Below, one piece after another: positions 1 to 10,930 of a stretch of 64,000 nt of DNA (positions are counted from its first letter, which is position 1; every line of letters begins with the position of its first letter). The translations under genes were made by a program, and so were the position numbers. This stretch comes from an uncultured Candidatus Rokubacteria bacterium (lineage in GTDB: Bacteria; Methylomirabilota; Methylomirabilia; Rokubacteriales; DASRDR01). The stretch lies in NCBI GenBank assembly GCA_963826115.1, contig CAWGVS010000006.1, positions 704,001-768,000 of the forward strand, read 5' to 3'. The notes under the pieces are model-generated. The model was not told the origin of the DNA and made no database searches. It worked only from the letters and a program-made list of their open reading frames with translations.

Positions 1-1479
1 ACTGGGCGCGGATCCTGAAGCCCGACATGAAGGTCGTCGACAAGTACACGCTCGAGGTGCAGACGGGGAGCCCGTACCCGCGGCTCCAGCAGGTGCTGGG
101 GACGACGATCGCCTCGAACAGCTTCCGTGTCGTGGCGAAGCACATCTGGGAGAAGCAGGACCCGACCAAGTTCGAGAACTACCCGCCGGTCACGATCAGC
201 CCGTACGTCTTGAAGACGCACGACCCGAACGGCCAGTGGTTCCTGTACGAGCGGCGGGCCGACTGGCAGCGCACCGACACCGCGATGGTCGCGGGCGAAC
301 CGAAGCCCAAGTACGTCCTCTACCGCTTCTGGGGCCCGGAGGAGAAGCGCATCCTGGCCGCCATCCAGAACGACCTCGACGTCATGATGGACATCACGCC
401 GGAGAGCTGGGACATCCTGAAGGACAAGAACAAGAGCGCCCAGGCCTGGCTGAAGGACTTCCCGTACGCGGCCTTCGACGACCCGTGCGTGCGCGGGGTG
501 GCGCTGAACACGTCCAAGCCGCCGTTCGACAAGAAGGAAGTGCGGTGGGCGCTGGCGCTCGCGACCGACATCCAGGGCGTCTCGATGGCGACCTTCAACG
601 GCATGCTGCGGGTGTCGCCGCTCCCGATCCCGCCGACGACGCGTGCTGCAGAAGACCTACATGTTCCCGATGGAGCCCTGGCTCGCCGAGTTCACGCTGC
701 CCGACGGCTTCCGGCCGTTCGACGCGGGCTACGCCGAGGCGATGGCCAAGAAGCTGACCGCGAGCGGCGTCGCCGGCGTGCCGACCGACCGGGCGGCGAT
801 CCGGCAGCTCTTCGGCGTGGGCTGGTGGAAGCACGACCCGGCGGAGGCGGCGAAGCTGCTCCAGTCGCAGGGGTTCAAGAAGGACGGGGCGGGGAAGTGG
901 CAGCTGCCGGACGGCAAGCCCTGGCAGATGACCATCAACGCGCCGAACAACTTCGAGGTGCAGTCGATGCGGCTCGCCTTCGCCGTCGCCGACTCCTGGA
1001 AGAAGTTCGGCGTCGACGTGACGGTCAAGCAGCTCGAGAGCGCGCCGTTCAACGCCGCCTTCTCGAACGGCGAGTACGAGGCGGACGTCCACTGGCCGGG
1101 GTGCGGCGTGATGCCCGACGTCTACACGAACATGGACCTCAACTGGCACCAGCGCCTGGTCGTCCCGAACGGGACGCCGGCGGCGGGCAACAACAGCCGC
1201 TTCAAGAGCGCCCAGGCGTCCGCGATCCTCGACGAGCTGAGCAAGCTGCCCGACAAGCACGCGAAGGTCGTCCCGCTGACGACCGACTTCTTCAAGCTGA
1301 TGGTCGCCGAGGCGGCGTGGCTCCCGATGTTCGGCACGTCGAAGTTCGTGCCGATCACGACGCAGTACTGGACCGGCCTCCCCACCGCCGAGAACCCGTA
1401 CGAGGGACCCTGGTGGTGGTGGACGGGCATGCGCTACTACCTGACGAAGCTCAAGCCGACGGGCAGCCCGGTAGGGTAG
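1..1479 (+). CDS. ABC transporter substrate-binding protein, family 5 (peptide/oligosaccharide); 5' end outside window, frameshift near 643
   Basis: ORF 27.. (KVVDKYTLEV, NTSKPPFDKKEVRWAL) continues in ORF 643..1479 (GFKKDGAGKWQLPDGKPW); heads a permease-permease-ATPase-ATPase operon. Confidence 0.88.
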
Positions 1480-1492
1480 CCCGACCCGAGAC

Positions 1493-1531
1493 GCGCGGGG
1501 AGCGGGGGCGATCGCCGCCCGCTCCCCGCGC
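1493..1531 (+). terminator. GC-rich stem-loop after SBP gene (terminator/mRNA-stabilising hairpin)
   Basis: GCGCGGGGAGCGGG (1493-1506) is the perfect reverse complement of CCCGCTCCCCGCGC (1518-1531); no U-tract. Confidence 0.55.
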
Positions 1532-1551
1532 CGCGACCGGCCCGGCGGACG

Positions 1552-2555
1552 ATGCGATTCCTGACCTTCCTGTTCTCGCGGCTCGTCACCTACGTCCTGG
1601 TCGTCTGGATCGGCGTGACGATGGTGTTCCTCGTGCCGCGGTTCCTCCCGTCGAGCCCCGTCGAGGCGATGCTGGCCAAGGTGGCCGCCCAGGGCCAGTA
1701 CATGGAGGCGGCCCAGATGGAGGCGCTCCGCTCCTCGCTCCTGGAGACGTTCGGCCTCCGGGGCACGCTCTTCCAGCAGTACACGGGCTTCTTCAAGCGC
1801 GTGCTCCTGACCGGCGACTTCGGGCCGTCGTTCTCCGCCTTCCCGACGCCGGTGAGCCGGCTGGTCGGCCAGGCGCTGCCCGTGGTCCCTCGGGCTCCTC
1901 CTGACGTCCAGCGTGATCGGCTGGATCCTCGGCAACGCCATCGGGCTCTTCGCCGGCTACCGGAAGCAGACGGTCGCCTCGAAGACGCTCGAGATCGTGG
2001 CGATGCTGATCTACCCGATCCCGTACTACATCTTCGCCCTCGTGCTCATCATCCTGTTCACCTACGTGTGGAAGATCTTCCCGTTCTCCTTCTACATCGA
2101 CGCGAGCAAGCCGTTCGGGCTCGAGCCTGATCTGGGACATCGTCTACCAGTCGACGCTGCCGGCGCTCTCCATCATCGCGGTCAACCTCGGCTGGTGGGT
2201 CATCAGCATGAAGGCGCTCTCGGCGAGCGTGGCCGAGGAGGACTTCGTCACCTTCGCGCGGCTCAAGGGCGTCAGCGAGCCGCGCATCATGACCCACTAC
2301 GTGGCCCGGAACGCGCTCCTCCCCCAGGTCACGATCCTGGCGCTCCGCCTCGGCACGATCTTCAACGGGGCGCTCATCACGGAGATCCTGTTCGGGTTCC
2401 CGGGCGTGGGGACGCTGATCTACTCGTCGGCGGTCCAGTCCGACTACAACCTCATGCTGGGGACGATCAGCTTCTCGGTGATCGCGGTGTCGACGGCGAC
2501 GCTCGTCGTCGACCTGGTGTACCCGCTCCTCGACCCGAGGATCCGCTACCGATGA
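1552..2555 (+). CDS. ABC transporter permease (DppB/OppB-like); frameshifts near 1880 and 2130
   Basis: GDFGPSF motif, EAA-loop EDFVTFARLKGVSE, ITEILFGFPGVG and C-terminal DLVYPLLDPRIR, spread over three frames. Confidence 0.88.
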
Positions 2556-3394
2556 TGGGCGCGCGCCGGCCGCCGCGCCTGATCGTCGGCCTCGGCCTGG
2601 CCGTCGTGTTCCTCCTGCTCGGGTTCGTGCTGCCGCTCCTCGCCGGGCACGACCCGCGGGACTGGAACGCGTTCCCGAAGAACCTCCGGCCGAGCCGCGC
2701 GCACTGGCTCGGCACCACGGGGCTCGGCCAGGACACCTTCTGGCTCCTGACCTACTCGCTCCGGAACTCGCTGATCCTCGGCGTCCTGGTCGGCTTCTTC
2801 GCGACGGTGATCGGGGTCGTGGTGGGCGTGTTCGCGGGCCTCAAGGGCGGCTGGACGGACCGGGCGCTCAGCCTCCTCATGGACACGTTCATCGTCGTGC
2901 CGTCGCTGCCGATCCTGATCCTGCTGGCGTCGCTCCTCCAGGGCCGGGCGTCGATCCTGATCATCAGCGGCGTCCTGATCGTGTTCAACTGGCCGTGGCC
3001 GGCGCGGCAGATCCGCTCCGTCGCGCTCACCATGCGCGAGCGGGAGTTCATCCACACCGCCTGGTTCTCGGGCGAGAGCACGCTGACCGTGATCCGGACC
3101 GAGATCTTCCCGTACGTGTCGTCGTGGTCCGTCGGCAACTTCATCAACACCGTGCTCGTGGCCATCGCCGTCGAGTCCGGCCTGGCGGTGATCGGGCTCT
3201 CGAGCCTCCAGGAGTCGACGCTCGGCACGATGATCTACTGGGCGCTCCAGTACCAGGCGCTCCTCGCCGGGCGGTGGTGGTGGATCCTCACTCCGGTGAT
3301 CGCGATCATGACGCTGTTCATCACGCTGTTCCTCCTGGCCTCGGGCCACGCCCAGCACACCGCGGCCCGGCGCGGACGGATCGTCGCCGCGTGA
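2552..3394 (+). CDS. ABC transporter permease (DppC/OppC-like)
   Basis: PSRAHWLGTTGLGQD, REREFIHTAWFSGES; ATGA overlap with upstream gene. Confidence 0.9.
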   Translation: MMGARRPPRLIVGLGLAVVFLLLGFVLPLLAGHDPRDWNAFPKNLRPSRAHWLGTTGLGQDTFWLLTYSLRNSLILGVLVGFFATVIGVVVGVFAGLKGGWTDRALSLLMDTFIVVPSLPILILLASLLQGRASILIISGVLIVFNWPWPARQIRSVALTMREREFIHTAWFSGESTLTVIRTEIFPYVSSWSVGNFINTVLVAIAVESGLAVIGLSSLQESTLGTMIYWALQYQALLAGRWWWILTPVIAIMTLFITLFLLASGHAQHTAARRGRIVAA

Positions 3395-4403
3395 TCCGGG
3401 TCCAGGACGTCAGCGCGTCCTACTTCACCCCGGCGGGCCCGGTCGCAGGCGCTGGATCACGTGTCGCTGACGATCCGCGACGACGAGGTGCTCGGCATCG
3501 CGGGCGAGTCGGGGTGCGGCAAGTCGACCCTGATCAAGGTCGTCTACCAGTTCGTCGAGCCGCCCCTCCGGCTCCTGTCCGGGCGCGTCGAGGCGACCGC
3601 GCGCGGCGCGAGCGGCCAGCCCGTCGTGCTGGACGGCCCGGCGCTCCGCCGCGCCTGGTGGCGGTACATCTCCTACATCCCGCAGGGCTCGATGAGCGTG
3701 CTGAACCCGGTGGCGCGGGTGGGCCGCCAGTTCCTGGACGCCGCGGGGGCCTCGTCCGCGTTCGGGAGCCGGGCGGAGCTGGACTCCCGCATCGCCGGCT
3801 ACCTCGCGGAGCTCAACCTCCCGGTCGACGTGCTGCGCGCGTACCCGCACCAGCTGAGCGGCGGGATGCGCCAGCGGGTGATCGTGGCGCTCGCGACGTT
3901 CCTCCACCCGCAGGTGATCCTCGCCGACGAGCCGACGACGGCGCTGGACGTCGTGGTCCAGCGCGGCATCATCACCATGCTGGCCGAGCTCCAGGCGCGC
4001 GAGCGGAACACGCTGGTCATCGTGTCCCACGACATGGGCGTCCACTACCAGCTCGCCGTCGCGCCTCGCCATCATGTACGCGGGGAAGCTGGTGGAGCTG
4101 GCCGACATGAGCGCGCTGGTCGACCGGCCGCTCCATCCCTACACGGCGCTCCTGATCGGGTCGCTGCCGCGGGTCGGCGACCGGGCGCGGCGCGAGGGCA
4201 TCGGCGGCCGGCCGCCGCGGCTCCTCGACCCGCCGCCCGGCTGCCGGTTCGCGGCGCGGTGCCCTCAGACGATGGCCGTGTGCGAGCGCGTCGACCCGCC
4301 GGTCCAGGAGCTGACGCCGGGGCACTGGGTCGCCTGCCACCTCCACGGAGAGCCGGCGCCCGTCACGACGGCGGCCGGCGCGCCCGGGACGGACGCCGCA
4401 TGA
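3391..4403 (+). CDS. ABC transporter ATP-binding protein (DppD-like); frameshifts near 3450 and 4065
   Basis: Walker A GESGCGKST, YPHQLSGGMRQR, ADEPTTALD, HPYT and C-terminal GCRFAARCP. Confidence 0.9.
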
Positions 4404-5386
4404 CGGCCCCGCTCCTGTCCGTCGACCGCGTGTCCCGCGCGTTCACCGTCGGCAGCATCATCGGCGGCACGCGGCTGCAGGCCCTCGACGACGTCACGCT
4501 GTCGCTCGACGGCCATCAGCCGACGATCCTGAGCGTGGTCGGCGAGTCGGGGTCCGGGAAGACCACGCTCGCCCGCATCATCCTCCGGATGCTGGAGCCG
4601 TCGGCGGGCACGGTCGCGCATCGACGGCAAGCCCATCCATGACGGGCGGCGCGGCCTGACGGACGCGGAGTTCCGGCGGACCGTCCAGCCCATCTTCCAG
4701 AACCCGTTCGACACCTTCAGCGGCCGGAAGCCCGTCGACACGTACCTCTACGAGACCGCCCGGAACGTCCGCGGGATCGAGAGCCGGGATGAGGCGACGC
4801 CGGTCGTCGCGGCCGCCCTCCAGGCGGTGGGCCTCGACCTCGGCGTCGTCGCCGGGAAGTACGCCTACCAGTTCTCGGGCGGGGAGCTCCAGCGGGTGTC
4901 GGTGGCGCGCGCCCTCATCCCGCAGGCCGCGGCTCATCGTCGCCGACGAGCCGGTCAGCATGATCGACGCGTCGCTCCGGATCAACATCGTCAACCTGTT
5001 CCTCCGGCTCAAGGAGGAGCACGGGATCAGCTTCGTCTACATCACCCACGACCTGGCGACGGCGTACTACGTGAGCGACCAGATCGCCATCATGTATCGC
5101 GGGAGCGTCGTCGAGCACGGCCCGCTGGACCGGGTGCTCGGCGCCCCGCTCCACCCGTACACGGAGCTCCTGCTCCAGTCGGTGCCCGTGTTCGGCGAGA
5201 AGTGGGCGGGCCCGATCGGGCTGCCCGACCTCGAGACGCGCGAGTACGCGCGCGCCGCCTGCAAGTTCGCCCCGCGCTGCCCCGCCCGGCGGGACGTCTG
5301 CGCCCGGCGGACGCCGCCCCGGTTCGACGGGCGAGGGCGGCCGCGCGGCGCTCTGCTTCCGACCGACGGACTACCGGGAGGACTAG
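4400..5386 (+). CDS. ABC transporter ATP-binding protein (DppF-like); frameshifts near 4620, 4925 and 5335
   Basis: [32 protein letters not shown] and CKFAPRCP in successive frames; stop TAG at 5384-5386 after [12 protein letters not shown]. Confidence 0.85.
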
Positions 5387-5520
5387 CGGCTGACGCGGGC
5401 GCCACCGGCCGCCGGGCAACCTCACGGGTGCCGTGAGGGCAGCCCCGATGACGCCTGCCGAGGAACCCGAGGCTCGTGGCGCGTCACGCAGTCCGTTCGG
5501 CAACGCCAGGGAGCAAGCAC

Positions 5521-6804
5521 GTGGATCCAGATCGCAGATCCCGGTTGAGGGTCATTCTGGACATTTCGTGGCTCGGCTACGACGAAAACAGAGTGGGCCT
5601 CTGGCGGGCCATCGAGAGTCTGGCCGTTCGCCTGGCGCGGCATCCGGGCTGCGAAGTCCGCTTCTCCGCATGTCGATCGCGCAGCGTGGCGAACAAAGCG
5701 CAGCGCTATCTGAAAGATCATCCCTCCCTTGAACGAGCGTCGCTGATCGGCCGTGACAGGATCCAGGGCGTGCATCAGATGATGGAAAAGCGACTGGCGG
5801 CCATGAACGCCTCCACGTCACAGGACGTCGCGTTCCGCGCGTTGCGGAAAGCCGTGCGCTGGGGCGTGAGATCACTCGAGAAGGCGGAACTGTTGAAACG
5901 GGAGGATTTGAAAGGCACGGATATCTTCCATTCTCCGCATGACCCGCTGCCTGAAGTGACGCGCCGGGTGCCGGGCATGAAACGTGTCTTGACGGTCTAT
6001 GACCTGATCCCGATCCGTTATCCCCAGTACTGCGGCCCCAATGCGCCGGCGCGGATGCGCGCCATCCTGGACAGTCTGGACCCGGCGGACGGGATCATCT
6101 GTCATTCGGTTGCCACCCAGAAAGATGTGATGGCGTACCGTGAGGATATCCCGGCCGAGCGGATCTCGGTCATCCCGCTGGCCGCGGACCCCGTGTTCAA
6201 GCCGGCTTCGACCGAAGCGGCGCGGGCGGTCCGAAAGAAGTACCGCCTTCCGGAGGGGCCCTACGTCTTGACCGTGAGCCGCATCGAGCCGCGCAAGAAC
6301 CTCGATCTCGTGGTGCGTGCCTACAAGCGCCTCGTGGAGCAGCAGAAGTCCGGGGACCTGTCGCTGATCTTGTGTGGTTCTTCGCAGGACGACCGCTCGA
6401 AGCTGGACCGGGCCATTCAGGATTGCGGCGCCCTGGCCAAGCGCATCATTTCTCTCGGGCGTGTCCCGGATGAAGATCTGTCACCGCTCTACAGCGGTGC
6501 GCTGGTTTTCGTGTACCCGTCGTTTTGCGAAGGCTTCGGTCTGCCGCCGCTGGAAGCCATGCAGTGCGGGACCCCGGTGATCGTGTCCAACGCCACGTCG
6601 CTGCCCGAAGTGGTGGGAGACGCGGGCATTCTCGTGGATCCGACGGATGAAGATGGACTCTGCCGGGCCATGATGGGCCCTTGCCGGAATGAAGACGTGC
6701 GGCAGGAGATGTCGCGAAAATCTCTCGCCCGGGCCGGCCGGTTTCACTGGGACCGGATCGTGCACGACACCGTGGCGGTGTACGAGAAAGCCATGCGCTC
6801 TTGA
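5521..6804 (+). CDS. Glycosyltransferase family 4 (GT-B, MtfB-like)
   Basis: TVYDLIP, IEPRKN, YPSFCEGFGLPPLEAMQCGTPVI; GGGAG precedes GTG 5521 (ORF open from 5476). Confidence 0.9.
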   Translation: MDPDRRSRLRVILDISWLGYDENRVGLWRAIESLAVRLARHPGCEVRFSACRSRSVANKAQRYLKDHPSLERASLIGRDRIQGVHQMMEKRLAAMNASTSQDVAFRALRKAVRWGVRSLEKAELLKREDLKGTDIFHSPHDPLPEVTRRVPGMKRVLTVYDLIPIRYPQYCGPNAPARMRAILDSLDPADGIICHSVATQKDVMAYREDIPAERISVIPLAADPVFKPASTEAARAVRKKYRLPEGPYVLTVSRIEPRKNLDLVVRAYKRLVEQQKSGDLSLILCGSSQDDRSKLDRAIQDCGALAKRIISLGRVPDEDLSPLYSGALVFVYPSFCEGFGLPPLEAMQCGTPVIVSNATSLPEVVGDAGILVDPTDEDGLCRAMMGPCRNEDVRQEMSRKSLARAGRFHWDRIVHDTVAVYEKAMRS

Positions 6805-6885
6805 TGCGAGGGTAGTCGACACACGGCCCCGGGGCCGGCTGTCACCACTCGACCTGAGGGCGCTGCGCGGACCGCGAAATCCTAC

Positions 6886-7866
6886 ATGGCAGCCAGCTCA
6901 CCACCGGCGCGCGATCTATCCATCGTCATCGTCACCTACAACTCGCGTGCGGTGATCGAGCCGTGCCTGGCGTCCATCGCCGCCGCGGCCGGTCGGCTCG
7001 CGGTCGCGGTGACCGTGGTGGACAATGCCTCCACCGACGGAACGCCGGATCTGCTGGCCGACCGTGCCGAGCTGACGCTCGTGCGCAATCAGAAGAACCT
7101 AGGCTTTGCCGCCGCCTGCAACATTGGCATTCGGCTCGGTCGGGAGCGCGCCGTGCTCCTGCTGAATCCCGATACGATTGCCACGCCCACCGCCTTCGAG
7201 CGGCTCGTTGCCGGGCTCGACCGCTCTCCCGCCGTCGGCCTCGCGGGTCCGACCATCGTCAATCAGATGAACGGCACGCCGCGACCTCCCGTGTCCGCGG
7301 CGCCCACCCTGGGCTGGCTGTTCCGGCGCTTCACGGCGGCGAGGTATCTGCCGCATCGGCGATCGACGCCGGCCTGGCGAGCGGCTGCCGAGACGCCCCT
7401 CGGTGCGGGGTACCTCAATGGGGCGTGCCTCCTCGTGCGCCGCGAGATGTTCGAGCAGATCGGAGGACTCGACGAAGGCTATTTCATGTACTGGGAGGAC
7501 ATGGAGTACTCCCGACGCGCTCTCGCTCGGGGATGGAAGCTTCTCTGGACGTCTCCGGCAACCGTCTACCACGCCCGCGCGCGAGGCAGCGCGGACGTGG
7601 ACCCATGGTTCAGACACTGGCTCGGCCTCGTCGGGGCACGGCGCTACTTCACCCAGCCCGAGGCGACCATGACATTCCCGGTTGTGTGGCAGCTCTTCAA
7701 GCTCCTGCACCTGGCGACCGTCGTCATGACCTGCGTCGAGAGTGGAGCGAAGGCGTGCGTTCACACGATCGCGGGCAACCGGGAGCGGAGCGAGCGACAT
7801 CGCCGGCGATGGCGCGACGCATCGGCGTTCTTGAGGACGTACGCGGGCAAGCTGCTACGGCTCTGA
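6886..7866 (+). CDS. Glycosyltransferase family 2 (WbbL/rhamnosyltransferase-like)
   Basis: SIVIVTYNS, VVDNASTDGT, NLGFAAACN, LLNPD, GGLDEGYFMYWED. Confidence 0.9.
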   Translation: MAASSPPARDLSIVIVTYNSRAVIEPCLASIAAAAGRLAVAVTVVDNASTDGTPDLLADRAELTLVRNQKNLGFAAACNIGIRLGRERAVLLLNPDTIATPTAFERLVAGLDRSPAVGLAGPTIVNQMNGTPRPPVSAAPTLGWLFRRFTAARYLPHRRSTPAWRAAAETPLGAGYLNGACLLVRREMFEQIGGLDEGYFMYWEDMEYSRRALARGWKLLWTSPATVYHARARGSADVDPWFRHWLGLVGARRYFTQPEATMTFPVVWQLFKLLHLATVVMTCVESGAKACVHTIAGNRERSERHRRRWRDASAFLRTYAGKLLRL

Positions 7867-7922
7867 GCCTCCGTCTTGGCACTGCGGGCCCGGAGGCGAG
7901 CGGGCCGTATACTGCCGGGAAC

Positions 7923-9682
7923 ATGATCGTCCTCGGGATCACCGAGACCCACTGCGCCACCGTGGCCGTCCTGATGGACGGGCGCGTCATCGGCTGCGCC
8001 TCCGAGGAGCGCTGGAGCCGGCTCAAGAACGACGCGGGCTATCCCCGGCGCGCGATCGATGGCCTCCTCCAGGAGCTCGGGATCGCGCCGGGCCAGATCG
8101 ACCTGGTGGCCCTCGCGGGTGCCGGCGCGCCGTCGCGCGAGTGGCAGAACCGCGTGCTCCACGACGAGGCCTACGCGAGGGAGTACTACGGCGTGTCCTG
8201 GCCGTCGCGTCGCCGAGCCCTCGAGAGGACGCTGCGCAAGTGGGGCGCCCGGTACGGGCTCGTGCGCGCCTCGCGGGGCAAGTTCGGCCTCTCCGAGCGC
8301 GAGCGGCTCGACGCGGTCACCGAGCACCTGGGCGTCGCGCCCGAGCGCATCGTGTGCCTCGACCACCACAGCTGTCACGCCGCGGCCGCCTACTGGGGGT
8401 CGGGCTTCGAGGGCCGGGAGGCGCTGGTCCTCACCAACGACAACTCCGGCGACGGGCTCTGCGCGACCGCCTCGACGGGCCGGGGGCTCGCGCTCGAGCG
8501 CCACGAGGGGAGCCCGAGCGCGCCCGGATCGCTGGGGTCCTTCTACTCGTGGGCGACGCTCGCGCTCGGGATGAAGTTCGGCGAGGACGAGCACAAGGTG
8601 ATGGGCCTGGCCCCGTACGCGCCGGACCGGTACGCGGCGCGGGCGGAGGCTGCGCTCCGCGCAGCTCTTCGATCTGGACGAAGGGCGGCCGGCGCGCTTC
8701 CGGTGGCGCACGCCGGGGGCGCGCTACCCGGCCTTCCTGCGAGCCCTGGTGGGGCTGCGCTTCGACGGCGTCGCGGCCGGCGCGCAGCGCCTCCTCGAGG
8801 ACGTCCTCCTGCGGTGGAGCCGGCTGATGCACCGGCGCTACGGCGGCGGACGCCTCGCCCTGGGCGGCGGTGTCTTCATGAACGTCAAGGCCAACATGCG
8901 GATCGGCCAGGAGGACTGGGTGGACGAGCTCTTCGTCTTCCCGTCCTGCGGCGACGAGTCGAACGCGGTGGGCGCCGCGTACCTCGGCTACGTGCGGGAG
9001 TGCGCGCGCCGGGGCGTGCCGGCCGTCCCGCAGCCCTTCGGGCCCGCCTACCTCGGGTCCTCGGTGACGGACGAGGAGGCGGAGGGCGTGGTCCGCGAGC
9101 GGCGGCTCGAGGGCCGGTACGAGGTGGCCTTCCACGAGCGCATCGAGGAGCGCATCGCGGAGCTGCTGATCTCGGACGGGGTGGTGGCCCGCTGCGCGGG
9201 ACGGATGGAGTTCGGGGCCCGCGCGCTGGGCAACCGGTCGATCCTGGCCAACCCATCCGACCATCGCGTGGTGGGGCTGATCAACCGGATGATCAAGAAC
9301 CGCGACTTCTGGATGCCCTTCGCCCCGACGGTGCTCGCGGAGCGGGCGCGGCGACTACCTGGTCAATCCGAAGGGCTTCGCCTCGCCCTACATGATGCTG
9401 GCCATGCCGACGCGCCCCGAGGCCCGGGACGCCATCATCGCGGCGCTCCACCCCCAGGACGCCACCGCGCGCCCGCAGATCCTCGAGCGCGACTGGAATC
9501 CGGAGTACCACGCGGTGATCCGGGAGTTCGAGCGGCGCACCGGGGTGGGGGCGGTGCTGAACACGTCGTTCAACCTCCATGGCGAGCCCATCGTCCGCTC
9601 GGCCGCGGACGCGGTGGACACGTTCGAGCGCTCGGGCCTGCCCCACCTGGCCGTCGGCCGCTGGCTCATCTCCAAGAAGTGA
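7923..9682 (+). CDS. O-carbamoyltransferase, NodU/CmcH family; frameshifts near 8665 and 9350
   Basis: MIVLGITETH, EERWSRLKN, DHHSCHAAAAY, EHKVMGLAPY, GGVFMNVKAN, GRMEFGARALGNRSIL, KNRDFWMPFAP, LNTSFNLHGEPIV. Confidence 0.92.
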
Positions 9683-9686
9683 CCCG

Positions 9687-10508
9687 TCACGGCCCCCGGC
9701 GCTGACGCTCCCGCGCGGCGAACCACGGCCGCATGCGCGGGAGGTCCGGCGCCTCGAGCGGCTTGGTCCCGGCGTAGTGCAGGAGCCGCACGTCGGTCTC
9801 GTCGCCGCGCCAGAAGAACTCCGCGTGGTAGTTGAAGCGGTGGTCCAGGCAGTACACCGGGCGCCCGCGGAGAAAGCGGTTCACGACGTCCTGGTCGGCG
9901 AACTGACCGCTGGGGTAGCGGGCGAGCCGCCGCTGCGTCGCATCGTTCAGGTACCGCGGCCCGATCGCGAGGACGCCGGTGTTGATGCTGAGGCTCCGGC
10001 CGAAAATTCCCGCGCGGGCCTCCTTCGCGGCGCGATCCGACCCCGTGGGGCACCCGGCCAGATCCACGTCGAGCGTGAAGAGATCCGTCAGGTCGCCCAG
10101 GCAGACCATGTCGGCGTCGAGGAAGACGACCCGATCGGCGTCGCGAATGCCGAAGGCCTCCAGCGTCAGCAGCGCGGGCATCAGGCGCGGCGGCGTCTCC
10201 GGGCGATACCGCTCGTAGGCGGCGCCGTCGACGCTCACGAGCGTCGTGCCCGGATGCGCCTGCCGCACGCGCTCCTGGTTCTCGAGCGAGAGCGGCGCGA
10301 GCTGCGGGCTCCAGAACACCCGAAGCGGGAGGCCGGCGAACCAGGGGTTGTGTCGGTGGATCGAGTCCAGCAGGACGACGACGTAGTCCGTGAACGCGTC
10401 GCTGGCCACGGTCGCGACCACGCAGCGGTCGCTCCCGAGGGCGCGGCGCCCGGGACGTCTCGGCCGCCGGACGGCCCGCTGCCAGAGGCCTCCGAGGCCC
10501 TCGACCAT
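9687..10508 (-). CDS. Glycosyltransferase family 8
   Basis: DRVVFLDADMV, INTGVL, ADQDVVN, FNY, LLHYAGTKP. Confidence 0.85.
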   Translation of the reverse strand: MVEGLGGLWQRAVRRPRRPGRRALGSDRCVVATVASDAFTDYVVVLLDSIHRHNPWFAGLPLRVFWSPQLAPLSLENQERVRQAHPGTTLVSVDGAAYERYRPETPPRLMPALLTLEAFGIRDADRVVFLDADMVCLGDLTDLFTLDVDLAGCPTGSDRAAKEARAGIFGRSLSINTGVLAIGPRYLNDATQRRLARYPSGQFADQDVVNRFLRGRPVYCLDHRFNYHAEFFWRGDETDVRLLHYAGTKPLEAPDLPRMRPWFAARERQRRGP

Positions 10509-10537
10509 CCGGCCTAGAACCGAGGGGAGAGCCGACC

Positions 10538-10828
10538 TCACGGGGTGGGCGAGGGGCACGTGACGAGTTGGTGCGGCTGCAGACCGGCGACTATCCCGAC
10601 GGCGAGCAGGTGTGCGCCCGCCGGCGTGTGATGGATATCGTCGGGCCAGAAGAGAGGCGTGCCGCGTTCGGCGTGTTCGCCGAAGAGGTGGAGCACGTCG
10701 ACGACCGGGAAGCCTACGCGACGGCCGAGAGCCTCCAGGACGTGCAAGGGACGCTCCGAATCGTAGCGCAGCCCTAGGCCGCTGCCGATTCCGCCAGGCC
10801 GAACCACGGACTCCTTGACAAACTCCAT
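10538..10828 (-). pseudogene. C-terminal fragment of an SGNH-hydrolase/AlgJ-like protein
   Basis: 96 aa ORF with VVDVL..F..LFWPDDIHHTPAGAHLLA (block V DxxH-like) but no N-terminal GDS motif. Confidence 0.5.
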
Positions 10829-10930
10829 TGGCCGCCGCCAGTGTAGGACAGCTTGCTCCAGCGCGCCGCACGAGGGCTCGCCATCGGGGCGCGGAGCTCA
10901 CGACCGGCCACACGGGAGCGACCCTCCGGC

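Noticed and set aside
1913-3394. Apparent 493-aa double-permease fusion
   Set aside because: Artefact of frameshifts in the first permease; the second permease has its own ATG at 2552/2555.
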